DNA of 64,000 nt from assembly GCA_005776585.1 (NCBI GenBank), contig SXOX01000036.1:1176-65175 (forward strand). Reading direction: 5' to 3'. The notes under the pieces were generated by a model. The model ran no database searches. It worked only from the letters and a program-made list of their open reading frames with translations, and was not told the origin of the DNA. The position numbers and the translations under genes were made by a program. Positions 1 to 9,719 of the stretch are shown here, one piece after another. This stretch comes from Pseudomonadota bacterium. GTDB taxonomy: Bacteria; Myxococcota_A; UBA9042; GCA-2863065. Within the stretch, counting starts at the first letter, position 1, and each line of letters opens with the position of its first letter.

Positions 1-1
1 G

Positions 2-1573
2 AAGCGCCAGGACAACCGCGTCGAGGCGGCGCGGCACTACATCGCCGCTGGCGCGTTCCTCGAGGCCGCCGAGGTGCTCGTGACGGCCAACGAGCCGCTG
101 AAAGCCGCCGAGGCCTACCGTCGCGCCAGTCGACCGCTCGATGCGGCGCGGCTCTTGCTCGCCAGTGGAGACCAACGACAGGCCGCACAGCTCTTCGAGG
201 AGGGTGGCGCGCTCGTCGAGGCGGCGCGCATTTGGGAGGTGCTCGGCGATGCCGCCGCCCGGGAACGCTGCCTCGCACGTTCGGGCAACAGCTACGAAGC
301 AGGCCGAGCGGCGTTCGAGCGCGGCGATCTCGACGCAGCACTTCGTTTCTTCGACGCGGTGCCGCCACTTGACGACCAGTACCACGACGCGGGCCTCTTC
401 CGAGGGCAGATTCTGGAGCGTCAAGGACGACAGCAAGACGCAGCAGAGGCTTACCTTGTCTTCCTGAAAACGCGGTCAGTCAACCCTAAGACCGTGATGT
501 TGTTCACCCGGGTGGCGCGCCTGCTAGAGGCCGTCGGCCAGGGCAAGCAGGCGCTTCGCATCCTGGGTCGGATCATCACGGCAGGCCTGGGGAGCTCCGA
601 CATCACCGGCTGGGCCGAGCGACTCGAGCGCACGGGAGACGACTCGATCGCGACGGAGAGCCTCGACGAAGAGGCCGCGGCCCCGCCGAAGCGGGCCCTG
701 CCGGAGACCCCGCCCGCGCAGAAGTCGCCTCCGGCAAAGTCGCCATTTCCGGGGCGCATGGAGATCGACGACGCCGCCCTGTCTGTACTGGAACGGCGCT
801 ACAAGCTCGGAGATCGGATGGGGCAAGGCGGCAACGGCGTTGTCTACTTGGCCACCGACAAGGCGCTCGGGCGCGAGGTGGTCGTCAAGTTCCTCCATCA
901 GGCGCTGCTCCCGACGGACGTCGCGCGCAAGTACTTCACGCGCGAGGCCAAGGTCGCGGCGAGCCTGAGTCACCAGAACATCGTGACGATCTACGACATC
1001 GGAACCGAAGGCGAGACGCTGTATTACTGTATGGAGTGGGTCAAGGGCAAGACGTTGGCCGACCTCGTCATCGAGGCCGGCGGGCGGCTCGGCCACGAGG
1101 CGATCGTGCCGATCATCTCGCAGTTCTGCGACGCGCTCGAGTACGCCCACGACCGACAGGTCATTCACCGCGACATCAAGCCGGGCAACGTCATGGTGAC
1201 GACCGAGGGCAAGGTCAAGCTGCTCGACTTCGGTCTGGCGAAGGCACTGGACGAGAACCCGGACAAGTCGGTGTTTCTCTGTGGGACGCCGTATTACATG
1301 AGCCCGGAGCAGATTACGCGGGGGTTCCTTGACCATCGCACCGACATTTACAGCCTTGGCTGTATGCTTTACGTTATGTACACCGGGGACGTGCCCTTCC
1401 CCGATGGCAACGTTTTTCACCAGCATCAGACGGCGGCCGCGCCGGATCCGGTGACACGGGTGCCCGGCCTTAAGCCCGGCGTGTCGGCGGCCCTCATGAA
1501 GTGCATCGCAAAGGACCGCAACGAGCGCTTCCAGCGGGCGACCGAGGTTGCACGCGCCCTGTCGGCGGCCTGA
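2..1573 (+). CDS. TPR-repeat Ser/Thr protein kinase (Hanks type), 5'-partial
   Basis: Frame is open from the window edge. The N-terminal part has TPR-like helical repeats (YHDAGLFRGQILERQG). The C-terminal kinase has GQGGNGVV, VVVK, HRDIKPGN, DFG, GTPYYMSPE and DIYSLG. No TM segment in the visible part. Confidence 0.93.
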   Translation, partial: KRQDNRVEAARHYIAAGAFLEAAEVLVTANEPLKAAEAYRRASRPLDAARLLLASGDQRQAAQLFEEGGALVEAARIWEVLGDAAARERCLARSGNSYEAGRAAFERGDLDAALRFFDAVPPLDDQYHDAGLFRGQILERQGRQQDAAEAYLVFLKTRSVNPKTVMLFTRVARLLEAVGQGKQALRILGRIITAGLGSSDITGWAERLERTGDDSIATESLDEEAAAPPKRALPETPPAQKSPPAKSPFPGRMEIDDAALSVLERRYKLGDRMGQGGNGVVYLATDKALGREVVVKFLHQALLPTDVARKYFTREAKVAASLSHQNIVTIYDIGTEGETLYYCMEWVKGKTLADLVIEAGGRLGHEAIVPIISQFCDALEYAHDRQVIHRDIKPGNVMVTTEGKVKLLDFGLAKALDENPDKSVFLCGTPYYMSPEQITRGFLDHRTDIYSLGCMLYVMYTGDVPFPDGNVFHQHQTAAAPDPVTRVPGLKPGVSAALMKCIAKDRNERFQRATEVARALSAA

Positions 1574-1670
1574 ACGAGGAAATGACGCACTGCGTCGTCA
1601 CTTGGGGCGTTGAAGTCGCGTTTGGCCTCTGCTAGCCTGCCGCGCCAGCACGGCGAATGGGAGCTTGAAC

Positions 1671-2936
1671 ATGCGAACGAACCTCACCCTGATTGCAGCA
1701 CTTGCGTTGACCGCCACGATGGGCACCGCGGTCACCGCGTGCGCGTCGTCTGACGCGGTCACCGGCGGGACTCCGCCGACGGACACGTCGACCACGGCGG
1801 AGACGATCGTCCCCAAGGAGGAGACCTCGGGCACAACGGGGCAGGATACGGCGCCTGAGCCCAAGGACACCGGCACGGCAGACACCGGCGGAGGCGGAGC
1901 GGACGTTGCGACGGACGCCACGGCAGACGCTGCGCCCGACGTGGTGGATGCAGGCACTCCGGCGGCCTGCGCCAAGGGTAAGGGCTGCTACAACGGCAAG
2001 TGCTGCACGTGCTTCCCGGACAAGAAGGAGTCGCACTGCGAGCAGGGCATCGACAACTCGCTGTCGGGCATCGCGTCGCTGGCCAACAGCCAGCTCCAGG
2101 GCTCCGTCGATGAGGGTCAGGTCAACCTGCTCGCCGAGTTCGTGAGCCCCACGCTCGACGGCAAGGAGTTCACGCTCAACATGTACACGGGAGACCTGGA
2201 TCCCTCCAACGACGGCAAGGACGGCGACACCATCTGCGACGTGACGGCCCCAGGCTGCAAGTGGACGCTGGCGGACATCAACTACGACAAGGACTGCAAA
2301 CCGCTCATCGCGTTCCAGAACGCGAAGATCACCTCGGGCAAGCTCACCGCCGGCGGACCCGATGGCGTGTTCCGGTTGTCGATCCCGATTCAGGGCTTCA
2401 ACCTCGACCTGCTCGTGACGATGGCGCGCATCGAGGCCGACGTCACGCTGAGCAAGGACGGCAAGTCGGTCGAGGCCATCGCGGGCATCCTGGCGGGCGC
2501 AGTGCCCAAGAAGTCGATCGAGGACGCGGTCGCCAAGTTGGGCGACAAGCTGCCGATCTCGCCAGACGCAGTGAAGCAGATCCTGACGAGCGTGGTCAAG
2601 GAGGACATCGACGGCCTCGGCGCCGATGGCAACCCCGGCAAGGATGGTAAGTACGACTCGTCGTCCATCGCCATCAAGTTCGAAGGCGTGCTCGGCACCA
2701 TCACGATGGTCGAGGTCAAGCCCGTCGAGCCGCCCAAGGACGCCGACGCGGGCTCACCGCCGCCGCCGCCGCCGGAGATGTGCAAGACCTACCCGACGAC
2801 CTTCAGCCCCTCGGCCTACCGTCTGACCAAGGTCGGCCTCGGCGAGAATGCCAAGGCGGGCAACGGCCTCGACGTCGACGGCATCTGTGTGGAGCCTGAT
2901 GGCGACCCGGGCGTCAAGTGCCCGGTTGGCGGCTGA
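1671..2936 (+). CDS. Myxobacterial-type Cys-containing lipoprotein
   Basis: ATG at 1671 with GGGAG upstream. Signal peptide with lipobox VTAC, a D/T/P-rich linker, and GIDN and GLDVDG motifs. Confidence 0.75.
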   Translation: MRTNLTLIAALALTATMGTAVTACASSDAVTGGTPPTDTSTTAETIVPKEETSGTTGQDTAPEPKDTGTADTGGGGADVATDATADAAPDVVDAGTPAACAKGKGCYNGKCCTCFPDKKESHCEQGIDNSLSGIASLANSQLQGSVDEGQVNLLAEFVSPTLDGKEFTLNMYTGDLDPSNDGKDGDTICDVTAPGCKWTLADINYDKDCKPLIAFQNAKITSGKLTAGGPDGVFRLSIPIQGFNLDLLVTMARIEADVTLSKDGKSVEAIAGILAGAVPKKSIEDAVAKLGDKLPISPDAVKQILTSVVKEDIDGLGADGNPGKDGKYDSSSIAIKFEGVLGTITMVEVKPVEPPKDADAGSPPPPPPEMCKTYPTTFSPSAYRLTKVGLGENAKAGNGLDVDGICVEPDGDPGVKCPVGG

Positions 2937-2951
2937 GCCTCGGTTCCTCAC

Positions 2952-3422
2952 GTGGCCTTTCGTCGCCGGATGTGCGCGCTCGCGCTGACTGTCGCTACGA
3001 CGGCGTGCGCCTCGACGCTCGACAAGGACTCGGGCGGAGACCACGTTCGCGGCAAGGCGGTCGTGGTGAAGCTGAACGAGACGCACGACGATAGCATCTC
3101 GGCCGACCAGGGGGACCACACCGACTGGAAGAAGCTCACGCTCAAGGCGACGACGATCATCGACGTCAACGTCTATTGGGACGATCCCAGCGTTCGGGCG
3201 AAGGTGAACGTCAAGGACCAGTTCGGCGGTCAGGTCTATGAGCTGACGCACGAGCCAGGCGAGCGTGAGAATCACTGGAAAGGCATGAAGCTGCGTGAGG
3301 GTGACACCTTCCTCGAGGTGGTTGCCGAGCGCGGCGCAAGCGTGTACACGATTGAGCTGACGAGCGGCGATGGCGCCGACGACGGTGGCGGCGGCGATGA
3401 CGGGACCCCGCCACCCGAATGA
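2952..3422 (+). CDS. Lipoprotein with a small beta-sandwich (PPC-like) domain
   Basis: Lipobox TTAC, DHTDW motif, beta-rich body and acidic Gly tail. The start may be the ATG at 2970. Confidence 0.65.
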   Translation: MAFRRRMCALALTVATTACASTLDKDSGGDHVRGKAVVVKLNETHDDSISADQGDHTDWKKLTLKATTIIDVNVYWDDPSVRAKVNVKDQFGGQVYELTHEPGERENHWKGMKLREGDTFLEVVAERGASVYTIELTSGDGADDGGGGDDGTPPPE

Positions 3423-3455
3423 CCAGGAAGTTTCGTCAATCGCCCTCGGCCCCCG

Positions 3456-3485
3456 TTGACACCCGCAGAACGCGTGTGCTAGCAG
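3456..3485 (+). promoter_or_regulatory. Putative sigma70 promoter of the CIS operon
   Basis: TTGACA (3456-3461), 18-nt spacer, then TGc-TAGCAG, about 50 nt upstream of the cap gene. Confidence 0.4.
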
Positions 3486-3534
3486 GGCTGGGCCCGAATC
3501 AGGGGTCCGCAGGAACACGAACCGATGAGGTCGG

Positions 3535-4119
3535 ATGAGCCAGTTCGAGGTCATCAAGGACATCAACGAGACGCTCAAAGAGCTCTTGAAGGAGTCCTTC
3601 AAAGCGAACGGCTTCACGACGGTGAGCGTCAGCACCGATCGACCCAAGAAGGACAACATCAAGAACATGCCGACCGTGTCGTGCTACATGTATCACCTGG
3701 GCTTCCACCAGGGGTACAAGGAGCGCGCGGACACGCTCGTGTCGAGCTACGACAAGCAGGGAAACGTCGTCGAGTACTACCAGGATGCGCCAGCCTACCT
3801 CTTCGCTCACTTCATCGTGAGCGTGTGGGGCAACTCCCCCAACGAGGAGAACTTGCTGCTGGGGCTCGCGGTCAAGACGTTTCTCGAGCACCCCATTCTC
3901 GAATCAGAGACGTTGAAGGGCGACTCGTTCTATCCGGACGACAAGATCAACGTCTATCCCAATCTGCAGGCCGACTTCAACGACACGCTCTCCTTCTGGA
4001 GAAGCTTGAACGAGGAGCTCCGGCCTTCGGTGTACTACTTCGTAAGATTTCGTATCGAATCCGAACGAAAATCTTCCGAAGTCAGGCGTGTCACGGGTAA
4101 GGACTTTGCGATTCGTTAG
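3535..4119 (+). CDS. CIS cap / tail terminator (Pvc16/Afp16, DUF4255-like)
   Basis: DINETLKELL...VSCYMYHL...HFIVSVW...LLLGLAVKTFLEHPIL...FWRSL...RPSVYY pattern, located directly before the sheath gene. Confidence 0.85.
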   Translation: MSQFEVIKDINETLKELLKESFKANGFTTVSVSTDRPKKDNIKNMPTVSCYMYHLGFHQGYKERADTLVSSYDKQGNVVEYYQDAPAYLFAHFIVSVWGNSPNEENLLLGLAVKTFLEHPILESETLKGDSFYPDDKINVYPNLQADFNDTLSFWRSLNEELRPSVYYFVRFRIESERKSSEVRRVTGKDFAIR

Positions 4120-4202
4120 AAGCGCCGGTACCAAGCCCGATGTGGTTGTCGTGCCAACTGGAGTTGGTACGCTGAACAGGGGTTAGAGATAGGAGGAAAA
4201 GG

Positions 4203-5384
<1,182 letters not shown>

Positions 5385-5408
5385 TAGGTCGGGTCAACTG
5401 ACCCTGCC

Positions 5409-5450
5409 ACGAAGCGGCCTCGGGACCCCGTCCCGGGGCCGTTTTCGTTT
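5409..5450 (+). terminator. Intrinsic terminator / stabilising hairpin after sheath 1
   Basis: Stem CGGCCTCGGGAC-ccc-GTCCCGGGGCCG followed by TTTTCGTTT. Confidence 0.75.
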
Positions 5451-5510
5451 GGTGGGGGCACGGGTGGAGCAGCCAATGTCCGAATTGTCCGAACACGACG
5501 AGATGCCACG

Positions 5511-5526
5511 TGGCACGGACTTTGCT
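5511..5526 (+). promoter_or_regulatory. sigma54 (-24/-12) promoter upstream of the tube gene
   Basis: TGGCAC-GGACT-TTGCT is an exact match to the TGGCAC-N5-TTGCW consensus. It is intergenic, about 80 nt before the ATG at 5605. Confidence 0.75.
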
Positions 5527-5604
5527 CTGCTTCCGGCCCATCACGGGCTAACCCCGCCCCTGTTCGGATGACCATGCTCGCGGGAGCGAGAAGGAGATTT
5601 AGTA

Positions 5605-6036
5605 ATGCCGAATCGCCGTCCTTTTGACCACATTGGCGCCTTCAACTTCAAGGTTGAGATCGAAGGCGTCACGCAAGGCGCTTTCCGTAACGTCGAGGGC
5701 CTCGACAGCGAGACCGAGATCGTCGAGTTCCAGAACGGTGACGATATCGTCCTCCGCAAGCGGCCGGGCCGCACGAAGTACTCGAACGTCACCCTGAAGC
5801 GCGGCTACATCAACAACACCGAGCTCTGGGACTGGCGCAAGAAGGTCGTCGAGGGCAAGATCGAGCGCAAGGCCGGCTCGATCATCCTCTGCGCCGACGA
5901 CGGCTCCGAGATCATGCGCTACAACTTCTTCGAGGCGTGGCCCGCCAAGTGGAAGGGCTTCACCCTCGATGGCAAGGGCAACGAGGTCACGGTCGAGGAG
6001 CTCGAGCTCGCGGTCGAGAAGATCGAGCGCGGTTGA
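5605..6036 (+). CDS. Tail tube protein 1 (T4 gp19 family)
   Basis: FNFKVEIEG, KRPGRTKYSNVTLKRG, LWDW, AWPAKW and EELELAVE. RBS AAGGAG. Confidence 0.96.
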   Translation: MPNRRPFDHIGAFNFKVEIEGVTQGAFRNVEGLDSETEIVEFQNGDDIVLRKRPGRTKYSNVTLKRGYINNTELWDWRKKVVEGKIERKAGSIILCADDGSEIMRYNFFEAWPAKWKGFTLDGKGNEVTVEELELAVEKIERG

Positions 6037-6076
6037 TCCGTACTCGCTCAGCCCGCTAGCGCGAGAGCGTCAGCCA

Positions 6077-6111
6077 ACGAAAGCCTCCGGACTCCGGGGG
6101 CTTTCGTGTTT
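6077..6111 (+). terminator. Intrinsic terminator after tube 1
   Basis: Stem ACGAAAGCCTCCGG-act-CCGGGGGCTTTCGT followed by GTTT. Confidence 0.75.
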
Positions 6112-6227
6112 GGTGCGCACGATCGCGGCCGCTTGCGCCCGGTCGGCGGTCGTGCTTTCCTCCTCCCCCGACACACGCCCCTTCCTCGCACGCCGCGCGA
6201 AGCGGGCCCCCAACACGGAGGTAGATC

Positions 6228-6599
6228 ATGGCATTCCAAACCGAGTTCGAGTTCACCCTGCCACGCGGCTACGTCGACAAAGACGGCAACGTCCACAAGA
6301 AGGGCGTCATGCGGCTGGCCACGGCCAAAGACGAGATCCTGCCGCTTCAGGACTACCGCGTGCAAAACAATCGGGCCTATCTGGTCATCATCCTGTTGTC
6401 GCGCGTGATCTCGAAGCTCGGGGATCTGAAGTCGATCAATCCGGCCGTCGTCGAAGACCTCTACAGCGCCGACCTCGCGTACCTCCAGGACTTCTATCGC
6501 CGGATCAACGAGGAGAACACCTCGAAGGTCAACGTCACGTGCCCGGAGTGCAAGCACAAGTTCCAGTTCGACCTCGGGGGTGAGCTGGGGGAATCGTAA
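6228..6599 (+). CDS. Tail assembly chaperone (lambda gpG-like), CIS-associated
   Basis: TEFEFTLPRGYVD..G..H..G.MRLATA.DEI, DLAYLQDFYRRIN and a C-terminal CPEC; ends LGES. RBS GGAGG. Follows the tube gene. Confidence 0.8.
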   Translation: MAFQTEFEFTLPRGYVDKDGNVHKKGVMRLATAKDEILPLQDYRVQNNRAYLVIILLSRVISKLGDLKSINPAVVEDLYSADLAYLQDFYRRINEENTSKVNVTCPECKHKFQFDLGGELGES

Positions 6600-6757
6600 G
6601 CTACCCCCTGGAGCGGATCTACCAGGAGGTAGCGTACATCGCCTACCATTTCCACTGGAGCATCGACGACGTGCTCGCCATGGAGCACCGTGAGCGTCAG
6701 GTGTGGGTCAAGGAGATCTCCGAGATCAACAAGGAGATCAACAAGACCCGCAAGTAG
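6587..6757 (+). CDS. DUF6760-like ORF (gpT-like extension), probably translated by -1 frameshift from the chaperone
   Basis: Absent from the ORF track. The -1 frame reads GGIVSYPLERIYQEVAYIAYHFHWSIDDVLAMEHRERQVWVKEISEINKEINKTRK*. There is no ATG/GTG/TTG before the conserved core, and GGGGGAA lies at 6587-6593. Confidence 0.75.
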   Translation, partial: GGIVSYPLERIYQEVAYIAYHFHWSIDDVLAMEHRERQVWVKEISEINKEINKTRK

Positions 6758-7112
6758 AAGTCCTCGTTTTGACGCATCGCGCGGTGGGACCGAAGACCCC
6801 GGCCATCGGACCCCACGGCGCGGAAGTGCTGACCCCACGCGTTCCTCCCCCGTTCTTCCATGATGCCCGCTTCCGCGGTCCGGCGCGGAGTGGTATCGTC
6901 CTGGCTTGGCTCGTGACGAGCCCGGCCCGCTGCGCGGTGCAGCGACCGGAGCGAGCACGGAACTTGCAGAAGGGTATCGCGCTCGACACCGCCCCGCAGG
7001 GGCAGCCTCTCCGTCGCTCGCTTGTCACTTCGCCCTGGGTCCGTGGACCCGAGGCCCGGTGACCCCGGGGAACGGAAGGCCCAAGCAGGTCGAGCCGAAG
7101 AAGGGCGTTGAC

Positions 7113-8900
7113 GTGAATCTCGACATGCGACCCCCAGGCGTACACGCGGCGACGAAGGATCGCCGTTACACGCCCGTCGTGCTGGCCAAGAGCGGAGTCG
7201 TCGGCTTCGTCGGCATCACGCAGAAGGGGCCCACCAACGAGCCCGTTCGGGTCACGTCGCTCGATCAGTTCCGTCGCGTGTTCGGCGCGCTCAAGATCGA
7301 CTCCTACCTCGAGCACTCCGTCAGCGGCTTCTTCGAGAACGGTGGCCGTGAGTGCCAGGTGCTGCGCGTGTGTCATCTGAGCGAGGGTGGCTCGGGCGAG
7401 GTCGCCTCGACCGCGCGAGTGCTGCTGCGCGACCAGCTCGACCGGCCAACGGTCATCGCCGAGGCGCTCAACGAGGGCACGTGGGGCAACGAGATTCAGC
7501 TGAAGGTCAAGCGACCGGAGGCTCGGGTGCAGACGTTGCTCACGCTCGATGTCCGTGAGGGCGAGCGGTCGGCCAAGGTCCAGTCGACCCACGGATTTCG
7601 CCGTGGCACGGTCGTCAAGGTCTATGACGAAGAGCATGCGGAGTACCGCACGGTCGCCGATGTGGACGGCACCGATCGCGTCCTTCAGTGGCGCATCGAT
7701 GAGCCCCTGAAGACCAGCTTTCGCTCCAACGCCCCGACCTACATCGAGCCCATGGAGTTCGAGCTCGAGGTTCGGACGCTCACCAAGCGCGAGAGCTTTC
7801 GCGACCTGTCCATGGCGCCGAGCTCGGACAACTACTTCGTGCGCGTCGTCAACGCCCAGTCAGACCTGGTGCGGCTCACGGATCTCCGCACCGAGGGCGA
7901 GATTCAGGACCGGTACCCCATCGCCACGGAGCTGACGGCGCTGACCGGCGGCAAGGATGGCATCTTCAACATCACGGCCGACGACTTCATCGGCATGAAC
8001 CTCGGCCCCAATGAGCGCTACGGGCTCGCGGCGTTCGAGGCGGTTGAGACCATCGACCTGCTGGCGGTGCCGGACCTGCTCTGGGCGGTCGAGAACAGCT
8101 CGGGCTTCCGCACGGCGAGCGGCTACGCGGCCCTGCGCGACGTCGAGGCCGTGCAACAGGCCATGGTCAGCCAGTGCGAGCGCATGCGGGATCGCTTCGC
8201 CATCCTGGATCTGCCGAACCATCGCAACTTCGTGCACGCGCTTCAGTGGCGGCTCCAGTTCGATACCGCCTACGCGGCGTTCTACTACCCGTGGATCGTC
8301 GTGGACCACCACGGCAAGCGCACGAGCATCCCGCCCTCGGGGCACGTCGCCGGCATCTTTGCGCGGTGTGACTACGGACTCGGGACGCATCGGGCCCCGG
8401 CGAACGAAGAGCTCAAGGGCGTCATCGACCTCGAGGTCCTCCTCTTGGACGGGGACATCGGCACCTTGAATGGCGAGGGCGTCAACTGCATCAAGGCGTT
8501 CAACAAGCGTGGGCTGCGCGTCTGGGGCGCACGCACCGCGTCGTCGGATCCGCAGAATCGCTACATCAACGTGCGTCGCTCGATCAGCACCATCATCCGG
8601 TCCATCTCGCAGAACCTGCAGTGGGTCGTGTTCGAGCCCAACGACCCCAAGCTGTGGAAGTCCATCTCGAGCGGCGTCGGATACTTCTTGATGACGCTGT
8701 GGAAGGCCGGCTACTTCAAGGGCAACGTCCCTGAGGACGCCTTCTACGTCAAATGCGACGATGAGACGAATCCGCCCGAGTCACGTGACGCGGGCTTCGT
8801 CGTCGTCGAGGTCGGGGTGGCGCCGGTCCGCCCCGCTGAGTTCATCGTCTTCCGCGTCGCTGAAGAGAACGCGGAGATTGGTCCTGTCGCGGAGCAGTAG
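7113..8900 (+). CDS. Contractile tail sheath protein 2 (long form with inserted domains)
   Basis: RPPGVH, GFVGITQKGP, FFENGG, YYPWI, HRAPANE, WGART, WVVFEPND and PVRPAEFIVFRV. Start is GTG 7113 or ATG 7125 rather than 6906. Confidence 0.93.
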   Translation: MNLDMRPPGVHAATKDRRYTPVVLAKSGVVGFVGITQKGPTNEPVRVTSLDQFRRVFGALKIDSYLEHSVSGFFENGGRECQVLRVCHLSEGGSGEVASTARVLLRDQLDRPTVIAEALNEGTWGNEIQLKVKRPEARVQTLLTLDVREGERSAKVQSTHGFRRGTVVKVYDEEHAEYRTVADVDGTDRVLQWRIDEPLKTSFRSNAPTYIEPMEFELEVRTLTKRESFRDLSMAPSSDNYFVRVVNAQSDLVRLTDLRTEGEIQDRYPIATELTALTGGKDGIFNITADDFIGMNLGPNERYGLAAFEAVETIDLLAVPDLLWAVENSSGFRTASGYAALRDVEAVQQAMVSQCERMRDRFAILDLPNHRNFVHALQWRLQFDTAYAAFYYPWIVVDHHGKRTSIPPSGHVAGIFARCDYGLGTHRAPANEELKGVIDLEVLLLDGDIGTLNGEGVNCIKAFNKRGLRVWGARTASSDPQNRYINVRRSISTIIRSISQNLQWVVFEPNDPKLWKSISSGVGYFLMTLWKAGYFKGNVPEDAFYVKCDDETNPPESRDAGFVVVEVGVAPVRPAEFIVFRVAEENAEIGPVAEQ

Positions 8901-8928
8901 TCACCGAAAGGTGAGAAAGGTGTAAGCC

Positions 8929-9675
8929 ATGTCTCTCGGATTGTCGGTTGGCGGAGCAGCAGGCGGATTCATCAGTGGCAAGGTCGGCGGCGCCATGGGT
9001 GGCGTGGTCGGGAGCGTCGCAGGTGCTGCGCTCGGAAACCTGGCCAACTTCGCAATGGGCGCGCTGTTCGGCACTCGCCGCGACCCCGATCTCCAGTTTT
9101 GTTACACAGTGGAGATTGACGGCATCACGCTCGGCATGTTCTCGGAGGCCGGCGGGATCAAATGGTCCATGGAGACGGAGAACGTCAAGTCGGGCGGCAA
9201 CAACGACCACGAGTTCTACCTCCTCGGTCGTGCCAAGTTCGATCCGTTGGTCCTCAAGCGAGGCTTCGTCGCCGCAGAGGGCATGCTCTTCGACATGATG
9301 AAGGCCAACTACGACCTCACGTCGAGCGCAGCGCCGCGCCACAAGGTCGACGTCGTCGTCCTCAAGCGGCAGAACAACACCGGCCTCTCGGGCCTCGTCG
9401 GGCTCGGCGAGATCGGGCGCTTCTCGTTCCCGAACTGCTTCGTGCAGGAGTGGAGTGGCCCGCAGTTCAACGCAAAGACGAGCGACATCACGATCGAGTC
9501 GATCACCTTCCGCTATGACTACGTGGAGTTCCTTCCGGGCGGGCCACTGGCCACGGCGCTCGGTGCGATCGGCGGGGCGATTGGCGGCAAGCTCGGCGGC
9601 GCGGTCGGAGGCAAGATCGGCGGGGCGATCGGCAGCGCGGCAGGCGCGGCCGGTGGCAAGGCGCTCGGAATCTAG
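8929..9675 (+). CDS. Tail tube protein 2 (Afp5/Pvc5-like) with N- and C-terminal glycine-zipper extensions
   Basis: gp19 core (YTVEIDG, GGNN, LVLKRG, WSGPQFNA, IESITFRY) flanked by GxxxG-repeat segments. Confidence 0.85.
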   Translation: MSLGLSVGGAAGGFISGKVGGAMGGVVGSVAGAALGNLANFAMGALFGTRRDPDLQFCYTVEIDGITLGMFSEAGGIKWSMETENVKSGGNNDHEFYLLGRAKFDPLVLKRGFVAAEGMLFDMMKANYDLTSSAAPRHKVDVVVLKRQNNTGLSGLVGLGEIGRFSFPNCFVQEWSGPQFNAKTSDITIESITFRYDYVEFLPGGPLATALGAIGGAIGGKLGGAVGGKIGGAIGSAAGAAGGKALGI

Positions 9676-9719
9676 GCGAGCGGTAGCGGCTCTGACGCTC
9701 AACACGGCGAGGAACGACC

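Noticed and set aside
4151-4170. Hairpin GTGCCAAC-TGGA-GTTGGTAC upstream of sheath 1 as a riboswitch or ncRNA
   Set aside because: Too short and has no recognisable aptamer. At most an mRNA processing or stability stem.
6906-7112. N-terminal extension of sheath 2 in the ORF track
   Set aside because: Sheath homology starts at the PPGV motif (about 7113-7130). The upstream part looks like intergenic or regulatory DNA.
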